Shown: in pieces, positions 1 to 14,131 of the stretch
Numbering within the stretch: position 1 is the first letter of the stretch
How the letters are laid out: every line of letters begins with the position of its first letter
Source of the DNA: Paramecium tetraurelia
Taxonomy: Eukaryota
Assembly (NCBI GenBank): GCA_000165425.1
Contig: CT868019.1
Coordinates: 434,001 to 498,000, forward strand
Length of the DNA: 64,000 bases
Direction: 5' to 3'
Made by a program: the position numbers and the translations under genes
The notes under the pieces: generated by a model
The model's database searches: none
What the model was told of the DNA's origin: nothing
What the model saw: only the letters and a program-made list of their open reading frames with translations

Positions 1-137
1 TTTTCTATATCAGAATCTCTTTGATGTAAAATTTCTTATTTAAAAGATGTGGGGAATGGTAGTTTTGAATCCTCCTGCTTTCCTTATTCTTGAAGCACTA
101 AATTGATTTTTCTTTTATTTGAACAAGCCAGACCCAT
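1..137 (-). CDS. 5' part of a hypothetical protein with an N-terminal MG..C acylation-type motif (runs off window start)
   Basis: Code-6 translation from ATG 137: MGLACSNKRKINLVLQEQGKQEDSKLPFPTSFKQEILHQRDSDIE, open to position 1. Confidence 0.55.
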
Positions 138-1114
138 CAATCTTTTGATTTTTAAATTGATAAATTAAACAATGAACTTCGTAATAAGTTCTTTATTTAC
201 ATTTTACGTATTCAATTCAGTTTATTATGATTTTTTATATATGATATATTTTCATTTTTGAATTAGTCACAAATATGACAATCACATATGTTTACTTATA
301 CAAGGATAACATATGAATTTTATTTGTATGAAATTCTTGATTCAATTCTAATTTTACTTTTTTAGTGAAATGTAATAATTTCAATAGGTTTAATAAATAA
401 TTACAAGTTTGCATTATTGGCAATCTCACTCTTAAACTTGTCTTGAATCAGCCTTAAAAAGATTATAAATAAGGTTAATGTGAAAATAAACAAATTGTTA
501 ACATAATCTCGAACTATTTAGATTTAGAATAATATAACTAAGAATAAGAGCAAATTATACTTTTAATTTCTTATTTAATAGTTTATAGGAGAGAGGAAAA
601 ACTTAATCATCGAAATGAAGATTTTAATAAATTTCATATAGCATTAAAAAATTTAATATCATTTACATGATTATTCCTGAAATAATTTCTACAAACAATC
701 TAAATGAATGATCAAAGCAAGGGTAACATACAATAAAAAAAAACTAGCAATTGTAATGTATGTAAATTGGGACATTCTAATATTTTATCTTTTTAATTTA
801 AAAATTATTGATTCTATATATGATAGTTTAAATAATCTATTTTTATTAAATTATAGCTTAGAATTCGTACAAAATATACAACCAATATTGAATAAGACCT
901 AGAGCAGAATACGATTATAAATGCATTTCCTTAGTATCAATCACTATGAGATAACAAATTAAATTCAGCCTTATGATCTAAATGATAAATAGTCGAATCC
1001 TATTGTTTTCGATAAGAAATATAAAAAAAAATAATTATGATATGTTTTGTAATTAGAGTATTTCCTTAACATTCAAATAAATATTCTTATAGATTTATTA
1101 CTAATTTATAATTA

Positions 1115-2521
1115 TCATAATTTTTTTGTTGGTGATGTATACTTCTTTAATAATAAAATATTATTGAATTACTCTTCTGAATATTTACGAGTCATCTAAT
1201 AGATTTTAGCTATATTGATTTACTTTAATAACTGTTTCAAATGGTAGATTGAAATTCTTAAATTTGGTTACTATGAAATGCAATGTTTCTCTGCATGCTT
1301 GAATATCTGAATACAATTCTAAGATTGAGGTTGAGAATTGATCATTTTCTCTAATATTCTAAAAGAGAGTTTCTTCGTTTAACCTAAGATGCATACAATT
1401 TATACTCTAATACGTCATTTTTATCAACAAACTCACTCAATTTTTTATTTTCGTTTTCTAATTACTATATAGATTATTCGATTTAATTTTCTAGATTTTA
1501 TAAGTACATTTTTTTGGTTTCCTATTTTGTGACTTCATCGATTAATCTATCATGATGTTAATGCAAAATTTTGAAATCATTTTAAATTTAATTTAAATCA
1601 TCGCTTAATACTAAATGAATGAACTAAAATTTTACTTTAATTACATTTCTCCTTTAGTTTGTATTCAACTTGAGTTTATATGTTACTCTATTAATAATAT
1701 CCTGGAGCCTACGGCTATTATTATTGAGGAGCATACGGTTATTGTTATTGAGTAGCATATGGGTTATAAGGTTGTGTTTGATTATTATAATAATTAGGAG
1801 GGTTGTTTTAATATTAATAATTGTAGCCTTGGGTTTAATTTTAGTAGTATTATTGCGGCTGATTTTAGTATTAATATGGGGCTTAAGCATTTGGCGGTTA
1901 TTGAACAGCCCTAATAGATTGCATGTATAATTACATTGAATTTTATTATGCTCGGTTGAAGAAAGGGAAATGGCCTTCTAATTCTCTAACTAAAGCGACC
2001 ATCACTCTTGCCTTATTATAAAGAGTTATATTTACAATTGACCTATGTTGATACCAACTTTGTAATTCGGTGTTGTGGATATTTACAACAGATTGATCTT
2101 AGGAAGCACCTTAGATGAAATATTGATTGACAGAAAATTTGGATATGTCAGGATTATAAATTCTGATTACAGCTGGAGCATCTGAATAGATAAAAGGAAA
2201 TTAGATGGATGTAATAATAGAGTAAGTTGATCCTTTATATTTAATGGGCACTAATGATGAAATGAATTTATACACTCTCCTTTAAGTTCCAATAATTGTT
2301 TGATTACGCCGTTTTCACCTTTATTTTAAATAATTATGTACTTGTCTATGTGATTAGGGGATTGAATAATTTTGGGTAATTGTATAAAATATTAGCAGCA
2401 TCAGTAGCAACCTAAGAACTAGATTATTGATTATAAATTAATTCTACTGATTTCTGTACGCGCATTATGAGATTACTCTATATAATTCCTATTCTTTGGG
2501 AAACTTTTCTGCCATAGCCAT
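1115..2521 (-). CDS. VPS23: ESCRT-I subunit Vps23/TSG101-like (UEV domain, P/Q/Y-rich linker, coiled coil, steadiness box); several tiny introns
   Basis: UEV-like QLLELKG..VPIKYKGSTYSI; PQY-rich linker (QQPYAPQQQQPQAPGYYQ); C-terminal LELYSDIQACRETLHF..PFETVIKMTRKYSEEQF matches the Vps23 core pattern. Confidence 0.75.
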
Positions 2522-2650
2522 TTTGAAATATATAAATATATTATATATACACACAAAATTTAATAATATAGTTTATAATTTCTAAGTTCTGAAATACTCA
2601 TTCACCATCTTAATAATCCTGAAAATACTCAATTATTATTAATTAAAGGA

Positions 2651-3268
2651 ATGAGAATTCAAGAACATTAAACAATTAATTACTCTAAGAATGAAATCTA
2701 ATTTGATTAGGTAATCGATGAAAGAATTCAATTAGTTCTAAATATTCAAAGGATTTCAAGAGTCTTGAATAGCAAATTAAATCAAGATTTATGTATTAAA
2801 AACAATCTAAAGATGGAAGACTAAATCTCACTTGTTAGATATTTTGCAGATGTAAGTAAGTTGGTTACAATTTGTTATAAATTGTCATTGGAGAAATAAG
2901 AATTATTAAAATAAGTCAAATGCCATTCAGAGTCTCAATCACCAAGCCAAATAAAATCACCTTTTAAGGTAGATTCTCCTAAATCAATCCTAAACAAATC
3001 TGAAAGTAATGTGAAGCAATAACTGGAAATACAAATTTCTAATTAAGATCAAAAGAAAGAAAAACAAAACTGTTTAAGTTAAACCAGAAAAGGAACAAAT
3101 TACTTCAAACCATAAATGTATTCTAATAAAGTTGTTAAAGTGTCAAAAGATGATAATATATTTAATTGTCAATAGTGCGATAAAAAGTATCACCATATGA
3201 AATCCTTAAAACGTCATATAAAATGGAATCATCAAATTGTTAAATTAACAAATTAGATAGAAGAATGA
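2651..3268 (+). CDS. Protein with a single C-terminal C2H2 zinc finger (205 aa)
   Basis: Uninterrupted code-6 ORF ending FNCQQCDKKYHHMKSLKRHIKWNH..*. Confidence 0.8.
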
Positions 3269-3317
3269 GAATATTATCAAATATTAAAAGATCTGAAATT
3301 AATTATCTTAATAATAT

Positions 3318-4824
3318 TCATTATTCAAAATATTTTAATCTCTCTTTTTCCTCTTCTGTAATATCATCGACTACTTACTCCTCTACTTAAACTTAAGCTG
3401 GCCATGATCTAACCATTATTGGTCTTCCGGTTCTTTTATGAACAATTTATTCTTTTTATTGCTCCTTTTACTTTTTCTATTGATCTAACAGGTCTTGCTC
3501 TTATTTCATTTACTTAACGATATCTTTTCTAGCTTTTATGCAATTCTTTTCTTTTTCTAATACCAACTCAGGAGCTATCTATCTAAACATCTTCAAATCA
3601 TTTATTCTCTATTCTAATAGTTTTTCAGTCTCCTTAAGCATTTCAATTCCTGTAATATCTTTTCTTGGTTCAACATTAACATCACTCCTATATATCTTAG
3701 CTATTTAGTTTTCTAGATTCTTTAATGGTTCAAACACTTCACTATCGCTTCTAATTGCTTTTAGTACTTTGATTTAGTCATTAACTTAATCAATTTATTT
3801 AAGAAAGTCATTTTTTGTTTGTAAAGCAGTTTTTAATTTGTCTTCTAAGGTTTTAATCTTTATTTAATATTTGTTTCTGAGATCTTCTACCATTTATTCT
3901 CTTTCTTTTGTATTCCCAATAAGGAACAAGTTCTTTTCTTCTAATTATTAGAATATTTCTTCCAATTATTTTGGTTAAGTGAAATATGTCACTTATTCAT
4001 CATCTGAATCATTCAATAATTATTGTAATTCATTATTGATTTAATTATTTTAATTATTTCTGGATAACAAAACTTATTATTACTATTATTATTATTTCGG
4101 TTGTTTTTACTTCATTTGAAATTCCTTAGGAGTAATCTTATCTAAAAACTTTTTGTATTTTAAGAGGTCTTCTAAATTATCTATTTTCTATTGGATTTTA
4201 GTCATTAAATCTGTTCTATGTTCTTATAAAGATTTGATTTCGTTGTTTTTTTCTTGTTTCGATTTTGTCTCTTTTTCTGCTTCCTTTATAGCTTCTCTTG
4301 AACTCATCTTATTTTGCTCCAAAAATTTATTAAATAATTCGACATCTTCTTCTATGAGTGACTCACTTTTTTCCAAACCTAATCTATGTAACTTGGTCAA
4401 TTTCTCAAATTCATCAATCATACCTCTTTTATGATCTATCAACATCTAAAATAACAACATTTCTCTTTTCTTATCTATGAATTGATACATAGGTTCTTTC
4501 TATCGAACTCTATTCTTAACAGCATTGTCAGCAGCATCAATAATGTTTCTTAAATCAATCATATCAATACATCTTTGCATTGTATTCCTTGTCATTCTTA
4601 TCTTCTTCTTTGCCAATATCATTAATTTCCCTGATACTCAATTTTCCAATAGATTTTATGCCTTTTTCATGAACTCTGAGATTTTGAAACTTGATCCTTT
4701 CTTCCATTTTGATTTATTTTTCTTTTTCTTTCATCTTGAAGATTTCGTATTCATCGGGAACATAAAATGGATTTTCAATTGTTTAATTTAATCTTTCCTA
4801 TATTTTTGGCAGCTATTATGCCAT
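3318..4824 (-). CDS. CFAP100: Ciliary coiled-coil protein, CFAP100/CCDC37-38 (DUF4200) family
   Basis: Family-like segments ENPFYVPDEYEIF, FIDKKREMLLFQMLIDHKR, LLKYKKFLDKITPKEF, YFTQPKQLEEIFQQLEEKNLFLI and KRTGRPIMVRS. Confidence 0.7.
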
Positions 4825-4860
4825 TTTTAATTAATTATTAATAAAAAAGAATATAAACAC

Positions 4861-6313
4861 ATGTAATAACATGAACAATTAATGGGAAATTTTTCTAATA
4901 TTACAGGATGTTAGGATCAGGAGAAATGCTTAAATTATTTACAAATGGCTAATTTTGAGTTAGAAGTAAAAATGTGGTTTTATTTATTTATAAGAGTGCA
5001 ATTTAATTATTTTTTGAGATAGAAATACAATCATAATAATTTGTAGCTCCCACTCAAAAGGTAAGTTAATAAGAGTCACAACCTCCACAGAGATAAAGAA
5101 GATAAATCCAAGAGAACTTTGAGCTAGAATAGTCTTAAACAACTTAAGAATTAGTTTAAAAATATAAGAATTATAAAGAGAGTAAAATTGATGAAGATCC
5201 TGGATTGGTCACCGGAGTTTGGAAAATAGCTAAGGCTCTGTGTATTAATGATTTCTTATTTTGATAGTTACTAAAAATTAAAATTACGGAGAAGATTTCT
5301 AGAAACACATACAATCAAAAAAGGTAAAGATAGAAATCAAATTCGATTTGGGTTCATTTCAAGATAACATTAAAATAGCTTAAGACAGAATGCTTCCACT
5401 TTTTGTATATGTCCATGATGTTTCATGCTTGAAAATCTTACAAGCAATGTTTTAATGCAAATCTCTCGTATCAATAGTGAATAGATACTTCCTCAGCTAC
5501 GCTTTTATAGCTAATAAGGATACCTTAGCTTAGTTACCTACCTAAAATATTGAAATTCCATCTATTCTAATATATAGAATAAATTTTATCGATGAAGTTT
5601 GTTTAGTCAAATAAATCAAGTTATTTCCTTAAACTAATTTCGAGGAACTGGCCGTTGAAATAAAAACAATAAGATCTAATATTAGTAAGATTAGTGCATA
5701 GGAGAAATTAGCCAAAAGATTGGTTGATAGTCCTGAATAAATTCATTAAAATTAAATTGATAGATTTAGATAAAAACAATTGGACATGGAAGTAAGAAGA
5801 TAATAAGAAATTGAATAAAGGGAAAGGGAGGAATTATTATAAAAGTAGGATCTTGAATATATGATGGCCCTGCAACAAGCAGATGAAAAAAAGAAGAAGA
5901 TTAATGATGAAAAATTAAGATAGGAATAACTTATACATGAACAATAAGAAGAAGAAGTATTACTTAAATCGTATATTTAGGAATAACGCTAATTTTTAAA
6001 GGCTAAATTACTCTCAGATTTACCTTAAGAACCAAAAGAAAATTGTATAACCATTTAATTAAGATTTTTTGATAAGGTTATTACCAGAAACTTTAATTTC
6101 ACTGATAAGATATAGGTAATTACAATTCTAACTTAGTTTATTTTTGATTTTGTAATGTGCCAAGATGATTAGCTCTTTCTTAATCCCAAAGCAGATGTTG
6201 ATTTAATCTAAAATTTTCCTAAGCTCTCTTTATTCGATAAAAAAGACATGTTAATTTAGGAGATCTTCAATGATTCAACTGGAGAGTAGTTAATTATTTT
6301 AGAAAAGGAATGA
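4861..6313 (+). CDS. UBA-like/UBX domain p97 cofactor (FAF1/FAF2-like)
   Basis: N-terminal UBA-like FSNITGCQDQEKCLNYLQMANFELE; coiled coil; C-terminal UBX LPQEPKENCITIQLRF..ITRNFNFTDKI..QNFPK. Confidence 0.75.
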
Positions 6314-6471
6314 TTATGTAATAATATAGAAATACTAAATATGCTCAACAATTAATTATTCATAATAAAAGACTAATTTAATATACAACAATTTTCTATA
6401 TTTCTTAATATCTATTCAAGAAATAGCGAATTATGATTACAATAATATTATTATTTATTATTATTTTCTAA

Positions 6472-7729
6472 ATGTCAGCTAAGGATCTGTTGATTTAATT
6501 ATTTGGATTGCCCAAAGGAGAAATAATATTCTAAGATTACTCTTGCGCTTTAAAAGGATTAATTTCAAAATATGGAAGAATCTTTATAGCTGAAAATCAC
6601 ATTTGTTTTTATGCCAATCTTGCAGGAAGCAAAACGAATTTGGTGATTAAATTGGATGATATTGCTAAGTTGGATAGTAAAAATAAGAATGATATTGATA
6701 TAAGTTTGAAGGATGGCAAAGCTTTCTGCTTCAATGGTTTTCATGACAAAGAATAAGTATATAATCTAATGAATGCATTAATATCTGGTTAGCCATTGTC
6801 AAATTAATAGACATTCTAATCTACTACAGATAGTGCTAGAGAAGATGAATCTTAAATTGAAAATGCGGAAGTAGAAATCCAATTCCTCTAATCTGGAGCA
6901 TCTATGGATTAAGAGATGTGCAAATTCACATTTTCCTTTAGTCAGGACAAATTTTTTGAATTCTTTCTTGCAGATGACGCACTTGTCTATTCAATTGCAG
7001 ATCATAGACAATCAGAAAAGGATACTGATATTTAATTAACTAAATGGACACCTGTGGAAGATAATCCATAAATGTTTTAGAGAGAAATGAAAAATGTTAT
7101 TAAGTTAACTGGAGTTCCTTTTAAAGATAAAAGTAGAATGCATAAACTTTTTACCTATAAGAAAGAGGCTGATAAATTAATTTATACTTGTACTACTCAT
7201 ACTTTAGATGTTCCTTATGGAAATTGTTTTTAAGCAGAAGAGAAGTGGGAAGTCTCATAGTTGGAAGATAATAAATGTTTATTGAAGATATTTGCTTCAG
7301 TTGTATTTACAAAATCCACAATGATGAAAGGCACGATTATGAGTAAAACAATGTCTGGGTTAAAGGATGATTATGAAAAATGGATAAACAATGTGAAAAT
7401 TAAATTAGAAGCCATGGCGAAATCTTAAAAGTCATAAACATCCAACATCAATCATGAATATGAAGAGTACTTATTCTATTTTATTTTTTAGTTCTAAAAA
7501 GTTAGATGATAATATTTTAAGCAAAATAATGTAAACTAGTCAAACTCAATAATCGAAGTAAACTACTTCTCAAACTTAATTTTATTAAGGCAGAAAGTCA
7601 GAATTACTTTATTTATTATCCATATTTCTTTTAATAATAATAATGCTGATTTAGATTGGAATATTAAATAAATAATCTTAAAAGCTTGAAAACTTAGAAT
7701 AGTTGGTATTACAATTATAAAAACGATGA
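6472..7729 (+). CDS. GRAM + VASt/StARkin sterol-transfer protein (GRAMD1/LAM-like) with C-terminal TM
   Basis: GRAM segment LFGLPKGEIIFQDYSCAL..GRIFIAENHICFYAN; VASt segment HTLDVPYGNCFQAEEKW; hydrophobic C-terminal helix. Confidence 0.85.
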
Positions 7730-7760
7730 TATATATTATTTTAATATTTTGATTACTTAA

Positions 7761-8857
7761 TCAATCTGTAACTTCTGGTTGTTCTATAACTTCTGTTGTC
7801 TCTTCTGTTACCTCCTCTGTAAACTCTTCTGTAGTTTCTTCTCCTGTTTCAGTTGTTTCTTCACCTGTTTCAACGGTTTCTTAACCTGTTTCAGTGGTTT
7901 CTTAACTTGCTTCAGTGGTTTCTTCACCTGTTTCAGTTGTTTCTTCTGTCACTTCTTCTCCTTCCTCTGTAGTTTAAGTTTATTCATTTGCAGATGAGTC
8001 TGAACTTGATGAACTTTCATGTGATTCTGCCTATGATTCTGCTCCTGAAGCAGCTGAACTGCTTTCTGATCCTGAATGGCTTGAGCTTGCATCTGAACCA
8101 CTTTCTGCTGCTGTATGACTTTCGCCAGCATCTGAAGTACTTTCTGATTTTGACTTGCTTGCACCTGCAGCTGAAGTAGTTTCAGTTGTTGTTTTACCTT
8201 TATGATGATGATGAATGGTGATTTCATGAGTTTCATCATCTTAAGATGTTACCTTAACACCTGTTTCAGATCCATTACTTGTACATCCTCCTCTTATGAT
8301 TTCGAGATCTTTAATTTATCCTTTGATCTTGATGACTGTAATGGGAGTGCTTCTGCATTATTATTTGCAATTATTAAGACTGCTAATGTATTCTCTCAAT
8401 AATTTGCATAATTCTTTTTTAGCAGCTGTTCTATCTTCATGATCTATTATAACTATTTTATTTAAATACTTTCAGAATCTAAGGCATGGCATTATTCTCT
8501 TAAGGCCTTGACTTGGCTTAGACCAATTTTGCTTTTTGTAAGTGGCAATTCTAATTTGTGTAATTTCTTTAGCAATTTCTTTCCTGAGACGGAGACTTAT
8601 GCTTCTAAGAAAGAATGATGCTTTGTTGATAGCATTTTTTCCATTTATTCAAGGATCTTGATATCATGAGAAATGGCTTTTTGATGGATTAACAAATCTT
8701 CCCATTGCTTCATTTATTTTTCAATAAATGAGAATTGATCAGATCGTTAGCAATCCATTGTTTTAACGTTAAAATTTGCTAATTCTTCCAAAGACATCAT
8801 TTACTCAGTGAATGCAAAGGCACCCAAAGCCAAAACTAATAAAATCACAGCTTTCAT
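7761..8857 (-). CDS. Secreted protein with signal peptide, helical Cys-containing domain and acidic S/T/E-rich repetitive tail
   Basis: MKAVILLVLALGAFA signal peptide; one 26-nt intron gives 357 codons; tail contains HHHHK, an S/A/E stretch and (TTETGEE)-like repeats. Confidence 0.8.
7790..7970 (-). repeat. Coding tandem repeat, ~21-nt unit encoding ETTETGE
   Basis: Recurrent tttcttcacctgtttcagttg-like units on the plus strand. Confidence 0.75.
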
Positions 8858-9816
8858 TTAAAATAATATTCACAAAAACGAATTCACAATATTCATCTAA
8901 AATTATTTATTTAACATACATTATCATTTATACAAATTTATATAGAATTTTTTGAGAAACTGAAATAAAGAACTCGCCACTCATTTTCAAAAAGTCTTAT
9001 CATATATTGATATAAACGATTAGATCATATATGAGAGTTAAATAAATAAATAATAAATAATAGCTAATTGTTAAAATAAAAATTGAAGTATTTATGAATC
9101 ACACTAAATATTCCTAAATTATTAAGAATTATAGTTCATTTGACCAATTAGTTTCAGTGTTCTCCACCCTTAAAATGATCAGCTCTTTCGATGGCATAAT
9201 ATTTTCTAAAAATAATTAATCTCTCAAAGTAGTAATCAATTATGTTTGATTTCACATTTTAGAAATGAAACTAAACAGAATAGTACAAAATTCTTGATAA
9301 AGTTGATTTCACTCATTTTTTTTTAACATTTATTAATGGTACTTTTACCAACTGGATTAGAGGGTCAAAAACTGATTTATCCAATTAAATCACCATCAGT
9401 ATTGTGAATATAATCAAGAAGAGTTGATTATGTTTGTATTTTTATTTGAGATTATAAATGCTACTACTTAACTTTTTAGATGATGTAATTCACTTTTATA
9501 TAAAAAAATAGGTGTCTAATTTTGAACAATTAATTTTCAAGGGCTCCTACCATAATGACAACTTGATTTTGGATAGATGATGAGAACCACGATCGTTTCT
9601 TCTGTTGGTTTAATGTAATTATTTTTAATTTGTGACTATAATTTTGAAAATAGAAATACAGATACACATTCAAGGTTATGTAAAATAAATTAATTTTCTA
9701 TATGGATTAAGCAAAAATAATATTCAATAACTCTATATACAACAGATATATGGATTTAAAGTGATATATAAGTGCTCATGTGAATATAGTTATATATATT
9801 GAATTTTAAATCTAAA

Positions 9817-12800
9817 ATGATTTACATTACATTATTGAGTTGTATTCTTCAGAGCATAGCCAAAGATTGCTCTTTATTTCCAAGTGATTACACCAAGATA
9901 GTGGGAAAGGAGAACGAAATAATTGTTTAGGATATATGGGAGTATTTTAGTTAAGTTAAATACGACGACATCCTCATATTAACAGATCAAAATAACAAGC
10001 TTACTTTGCTACCACCGATTGATCTAAAAACTAATAGCGAATCGGTTCCCAATGGTATTATATTAACTAAAATATATTTTAGTCGATAAAGTGTTATCAT
10101 ACTCTGTGTTGACTACTCAAAGTTAATGGATGAATAAATTTCAACTCCTAGCTATTAGAAATCAAGATGAATAAATTATATCATGGACAGAAAAAATTGT
10201 TGCAGGTACGTAATAGAGATACCCAACCTTTGATAAAACAATTTTACTTGGAAAGACTGACCAAGTTATTTGCCAATCTTCAACTATTTTAGATATAACT
10301 CATCTACTAATAGATTGCTATTAAGTTAATGAATAAGAGCCATAAAATTATTTTTATATGATTAGCGAAAATGATGCTTAATAATAATTAAAAATCGAAA
10401 ATGCGTATCCTTATGAAAAAAATTAATAAAGATACATTGTAAGCACTTAGAACTATATATATAGAGTTACTTTGAAAACTAATAATAATCCAGCAATTAT
10501 TGAATTGTTTACTTATGATTTAGAGAAAAAAGACATAAAACTTTAAAAAACCATTAACTAAGAGTTAATTCAATAAAATGTGAATATTACCGAATATTCC
10601 TTTGATATGGTTGATGCCAAAATTAGTCCATCTGATTAAATTGCTATTTTAGACAAGACTGGAAATGTATTTTTACTCAAATACTACTCCTCAAATGATA
10701 CAATCGAACTTAATCAATAGGGATATCTCTTAGGAGAATCTATTTCGTTTGATTATTAATTCAATAATAACGAATTTGCAATCGTATAAAAACAATCTAT
10801 CATACAAAACCATAGAAGTTATGATTCATTAGAAGACATATCAAATTCGAAACTTCATTTCAGCAATAATTTTATATTTTTAACTTCCCCCACTCAAATA
10901 ATAGCATTTGATAAATATTTATATGTAAATTAAATTGCATTAGGCGATTTCAGCAATGTATTGACAGATTAGAATTAAAATGACTTCTTAGTCTTCACCA
11001 ATAAAAATATCAAACATTATATAAGTAACCCTCACTATAGAATTTAGTATCATAATAATGAGCAAGGCATAACTGGAAATGCAAAACTAATTCTCAATGG
11101 CTGTTAAGTCACTATAGATTATTAGACAGTCCCAGCAAAATCTGTCGATTTGGTACTAGTATCAAAGGGAAATATTTAAGATTCTCCATTTTTCTCATAA
11201 AAAATATTCTAAAATAATTACAATATCCGTCCCAGATAATTAGTATCTGGTCCAAAACAACATATTAGTTTTTAATAGAATACTAAAAATGATCAAAAAA
11301 GTGGTGGAAATATGACTTATATTGGAGTTTAGGGAGATACATTTGATAAGTATACAAATAAAAACTTGAGTTTAACCGACTTAATCTTCCTTTAAACTGT
11401 TTCTATGGCTTAATCTTTTGATTAGCCTTTTGCAATAATCACCTAGAATAAACAAAAAGAATTGGCTATATATAGTTGCTTAACTTTTACAGCTGAAATT
11501 TGTTAATTGTCCTATTAGGCTAAGTTGGACTTTGAAATTACTAAGGAAAACACTCTTATCCAATACTATTATTATTAATTTACATTCATCACACTATTAA
11601 ATGAGAAAACATTGTTCTTTTATAAATATTAGTCAAACTCATATTTCAACCGAACTATTACACTTAAGGATGAGGACTAAATCAAAAGCATAGATAGCAT
11701 TTACTTGAGTTATTGGTATTTACTCTTATTTTCTAAAGCAGCCAAAACTATTAGTGTGTATAATTTTCAGTACGTTGATTTCCTTTACGTTATAAACTCT
11801 GAAAAATTAAGCAATTTAGGATTTGCTGATTGGGATCCATAAAGATTATTTTCAAATGACTTCGACCAACAATTATTTGTTGTTAATGGATAAGCATAGA
11901 ATCAACTTCTGATCTTGAATTTAACTAAAACAGATTTCTCTTTTGGTTATCAAATGCCTATTTCACAATCTTAGGACATCAGGGTTATTAGTTTTTATAA
12001 TCGATTTGGCATCCTTTAATAGCAGAGCTTAAGGGGAAATTTACATTCCAAATATACAATAGATAAGATCCTACAAATATCTATCTTGAGAAAACTCCAT
12101 CTTTTTATGACTATTAGATTGAAAGTTTTGACTCATTCTTTTGGGTTGCTTATAATAATTTGTTGCATGTCAAAGCAAAATCAGAATTCAAATCTGTTAT
12201 CTTATCATATATTGTTGATTTGACTGATCACAATTCATTATATTGTGTATAAGATTGGGATCCAGCCAATCAATTTGTGACAGCAACTTAGAATACAATA
12301 TTATAATTTAGTAAGGACAATGTTTGGGTATATTATATCTAAAGATATCCTTACGTGTCCTATTCAGTTAGTTTTGATGACAGCAATTTCATTTCTGATC
12401 AAGAATATACTATAGTATACTCAAATGAATAACTGTTATTGGTTAATAGAAATTTCAGATTGGTTAACATCTATATTGATTTGAAGATTAGTTAGGATAA
12501 ATTAAACATAACAACTAATTTAACTTCCAATCAAGAACACAATTATATATAAGATATGGGTAATGATTGGTTTTCAGGAGAGGTCACCTAATTTGAATTG
12601 TATTTACCTCAATTTAAAGATCAAAAAGCAGAAATAATAAATCCTATTGAAGTTGTAAAACCATATTATCTAAATAATTCTATGAATGCAATTGATTTCA
12701 GTACAAACTATATTTTTGTTCTGAAAAATGATTCCTATGTTCTTATTAGTAAAAAGACAAATGAAGTTGTAGTCACTGAGAAAATAACTGCAGATTATTT

Positions 12801-14004
12801 ATGCGAAGATGTCATAGCAAGTTTTGATTCCTAGGTCTTGATTTAATGTGTTAAAGATAAATTATAGTATATTGGTGGAATACAATGTGAAAATACCAAA
12901 TGTAAAATAGGTAGTTCTTGGCTATAAATTAATGGTGACATCATATCAGGATACATAGATACTGAAAATATCTTTATTATTTAAAGACAGGAGATCTTGG
13001 CGTACTCCAAAGATATTCTAGACTTATCCAAAGCTTAAAATTACGGTAAAGTAAGTGTTACAGATTTGGATAATTACTAGTATGGATTAACTATTTAAAA
13101 AATTAAGAAGAATCACTATCACGTATATTGCACTGATCATAATTATGCATTTATTACACTTGAATATAGCATAAAACAGAATCAAATTTAGAGAACCAAC
13201 AAAATTACTTTCAATTTATACGATTTTATCAATGAAAACTTCTATTAACTTAGTGGAACCATTTACTCTTGCATCAAAACAATTAATGTTGTGACTACTG
13301 ATACATCATACAAAGCAGACTTTATTCTATTTGCCACTGTTGGTCCTCATTATGGAGTACACGTTGAGTTTGCTTGTACTGCTGACCAATGCAATTTGCA
13401 ATCAAAGAAGATTGTTTTTGTTTTACAAGGCTATGGATCATTCGAACTCTTGGAGTACATATTCGCAAAAGTTAGAATTGTTAACAATTTCATTTAAATT
13501 TCCTATACAGACTCTGGCAGAGTGAAATTGGTTTAGACAATCTATTAACTACCTAAGGTCTAGGCTACCCATACAGCAGTAATCTTTTTTGCCGCTTTAA
13601 GACCTGCATACTATTATTCAAGAAATTACATTTAAGAGGAATTGTACTCATACGAAAACTAAGTATTATTATATATTTATAATTAGTTGTATTACATTAC
13701 CAATTCAGAGCATATTGACTAATTAGCATTGTATAAGATTAATTCATCTCCACAACTATTGCTTGACGGAAAATTTGATAAATCCTCTGGGTATATTAGA
13801 GTTAAAAACGATTTTTCATTTGATTAAATACCCATAACTATTCAAGGACCTGGTGGTAATGATGATGACGATCACGATAATACTACTACTAGTGGCCATA
13901 CAGGAGTTTGGGTAGCCTTGGGTATATTCGGAGGCTGTCTAATCTTGGGAACAGGATATTACTGTTACAAGAAGAAGAAAACTAAGGTCGACACTTTAAT
14001 TTGA
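9817..14004 (+). CDS. Large (~1350 aa) type I membrane/surface protein; frame discontinuity near 12.0 kb
   Basis: Signal peptide MIYITLLSCILQSIA; long ectodomain; single TM GVWVALGIFGGCLILGTGYYCY followed by a basic tail KKKKTKVDTLI*. A paralog lies at the window end. Confidence 0.8.
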
Positions 14005-14131
14005 TAAATATTTTAGGTTATTAATAAATTAATTATGAACTCAAATTTATACTCTTTTTCTAAAATTGTGAAAATAACATTAAATTGAAATGGAATTTAA
14101 TAAATTTTAATTTACACATGTATTAAACATA

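Noticed and set aside
7779..8402. Cys/Phe-rich and other short ORFs over the repeat
   Set aside because: Antisense or off-frame readings of the ETTETGE repeat gene.
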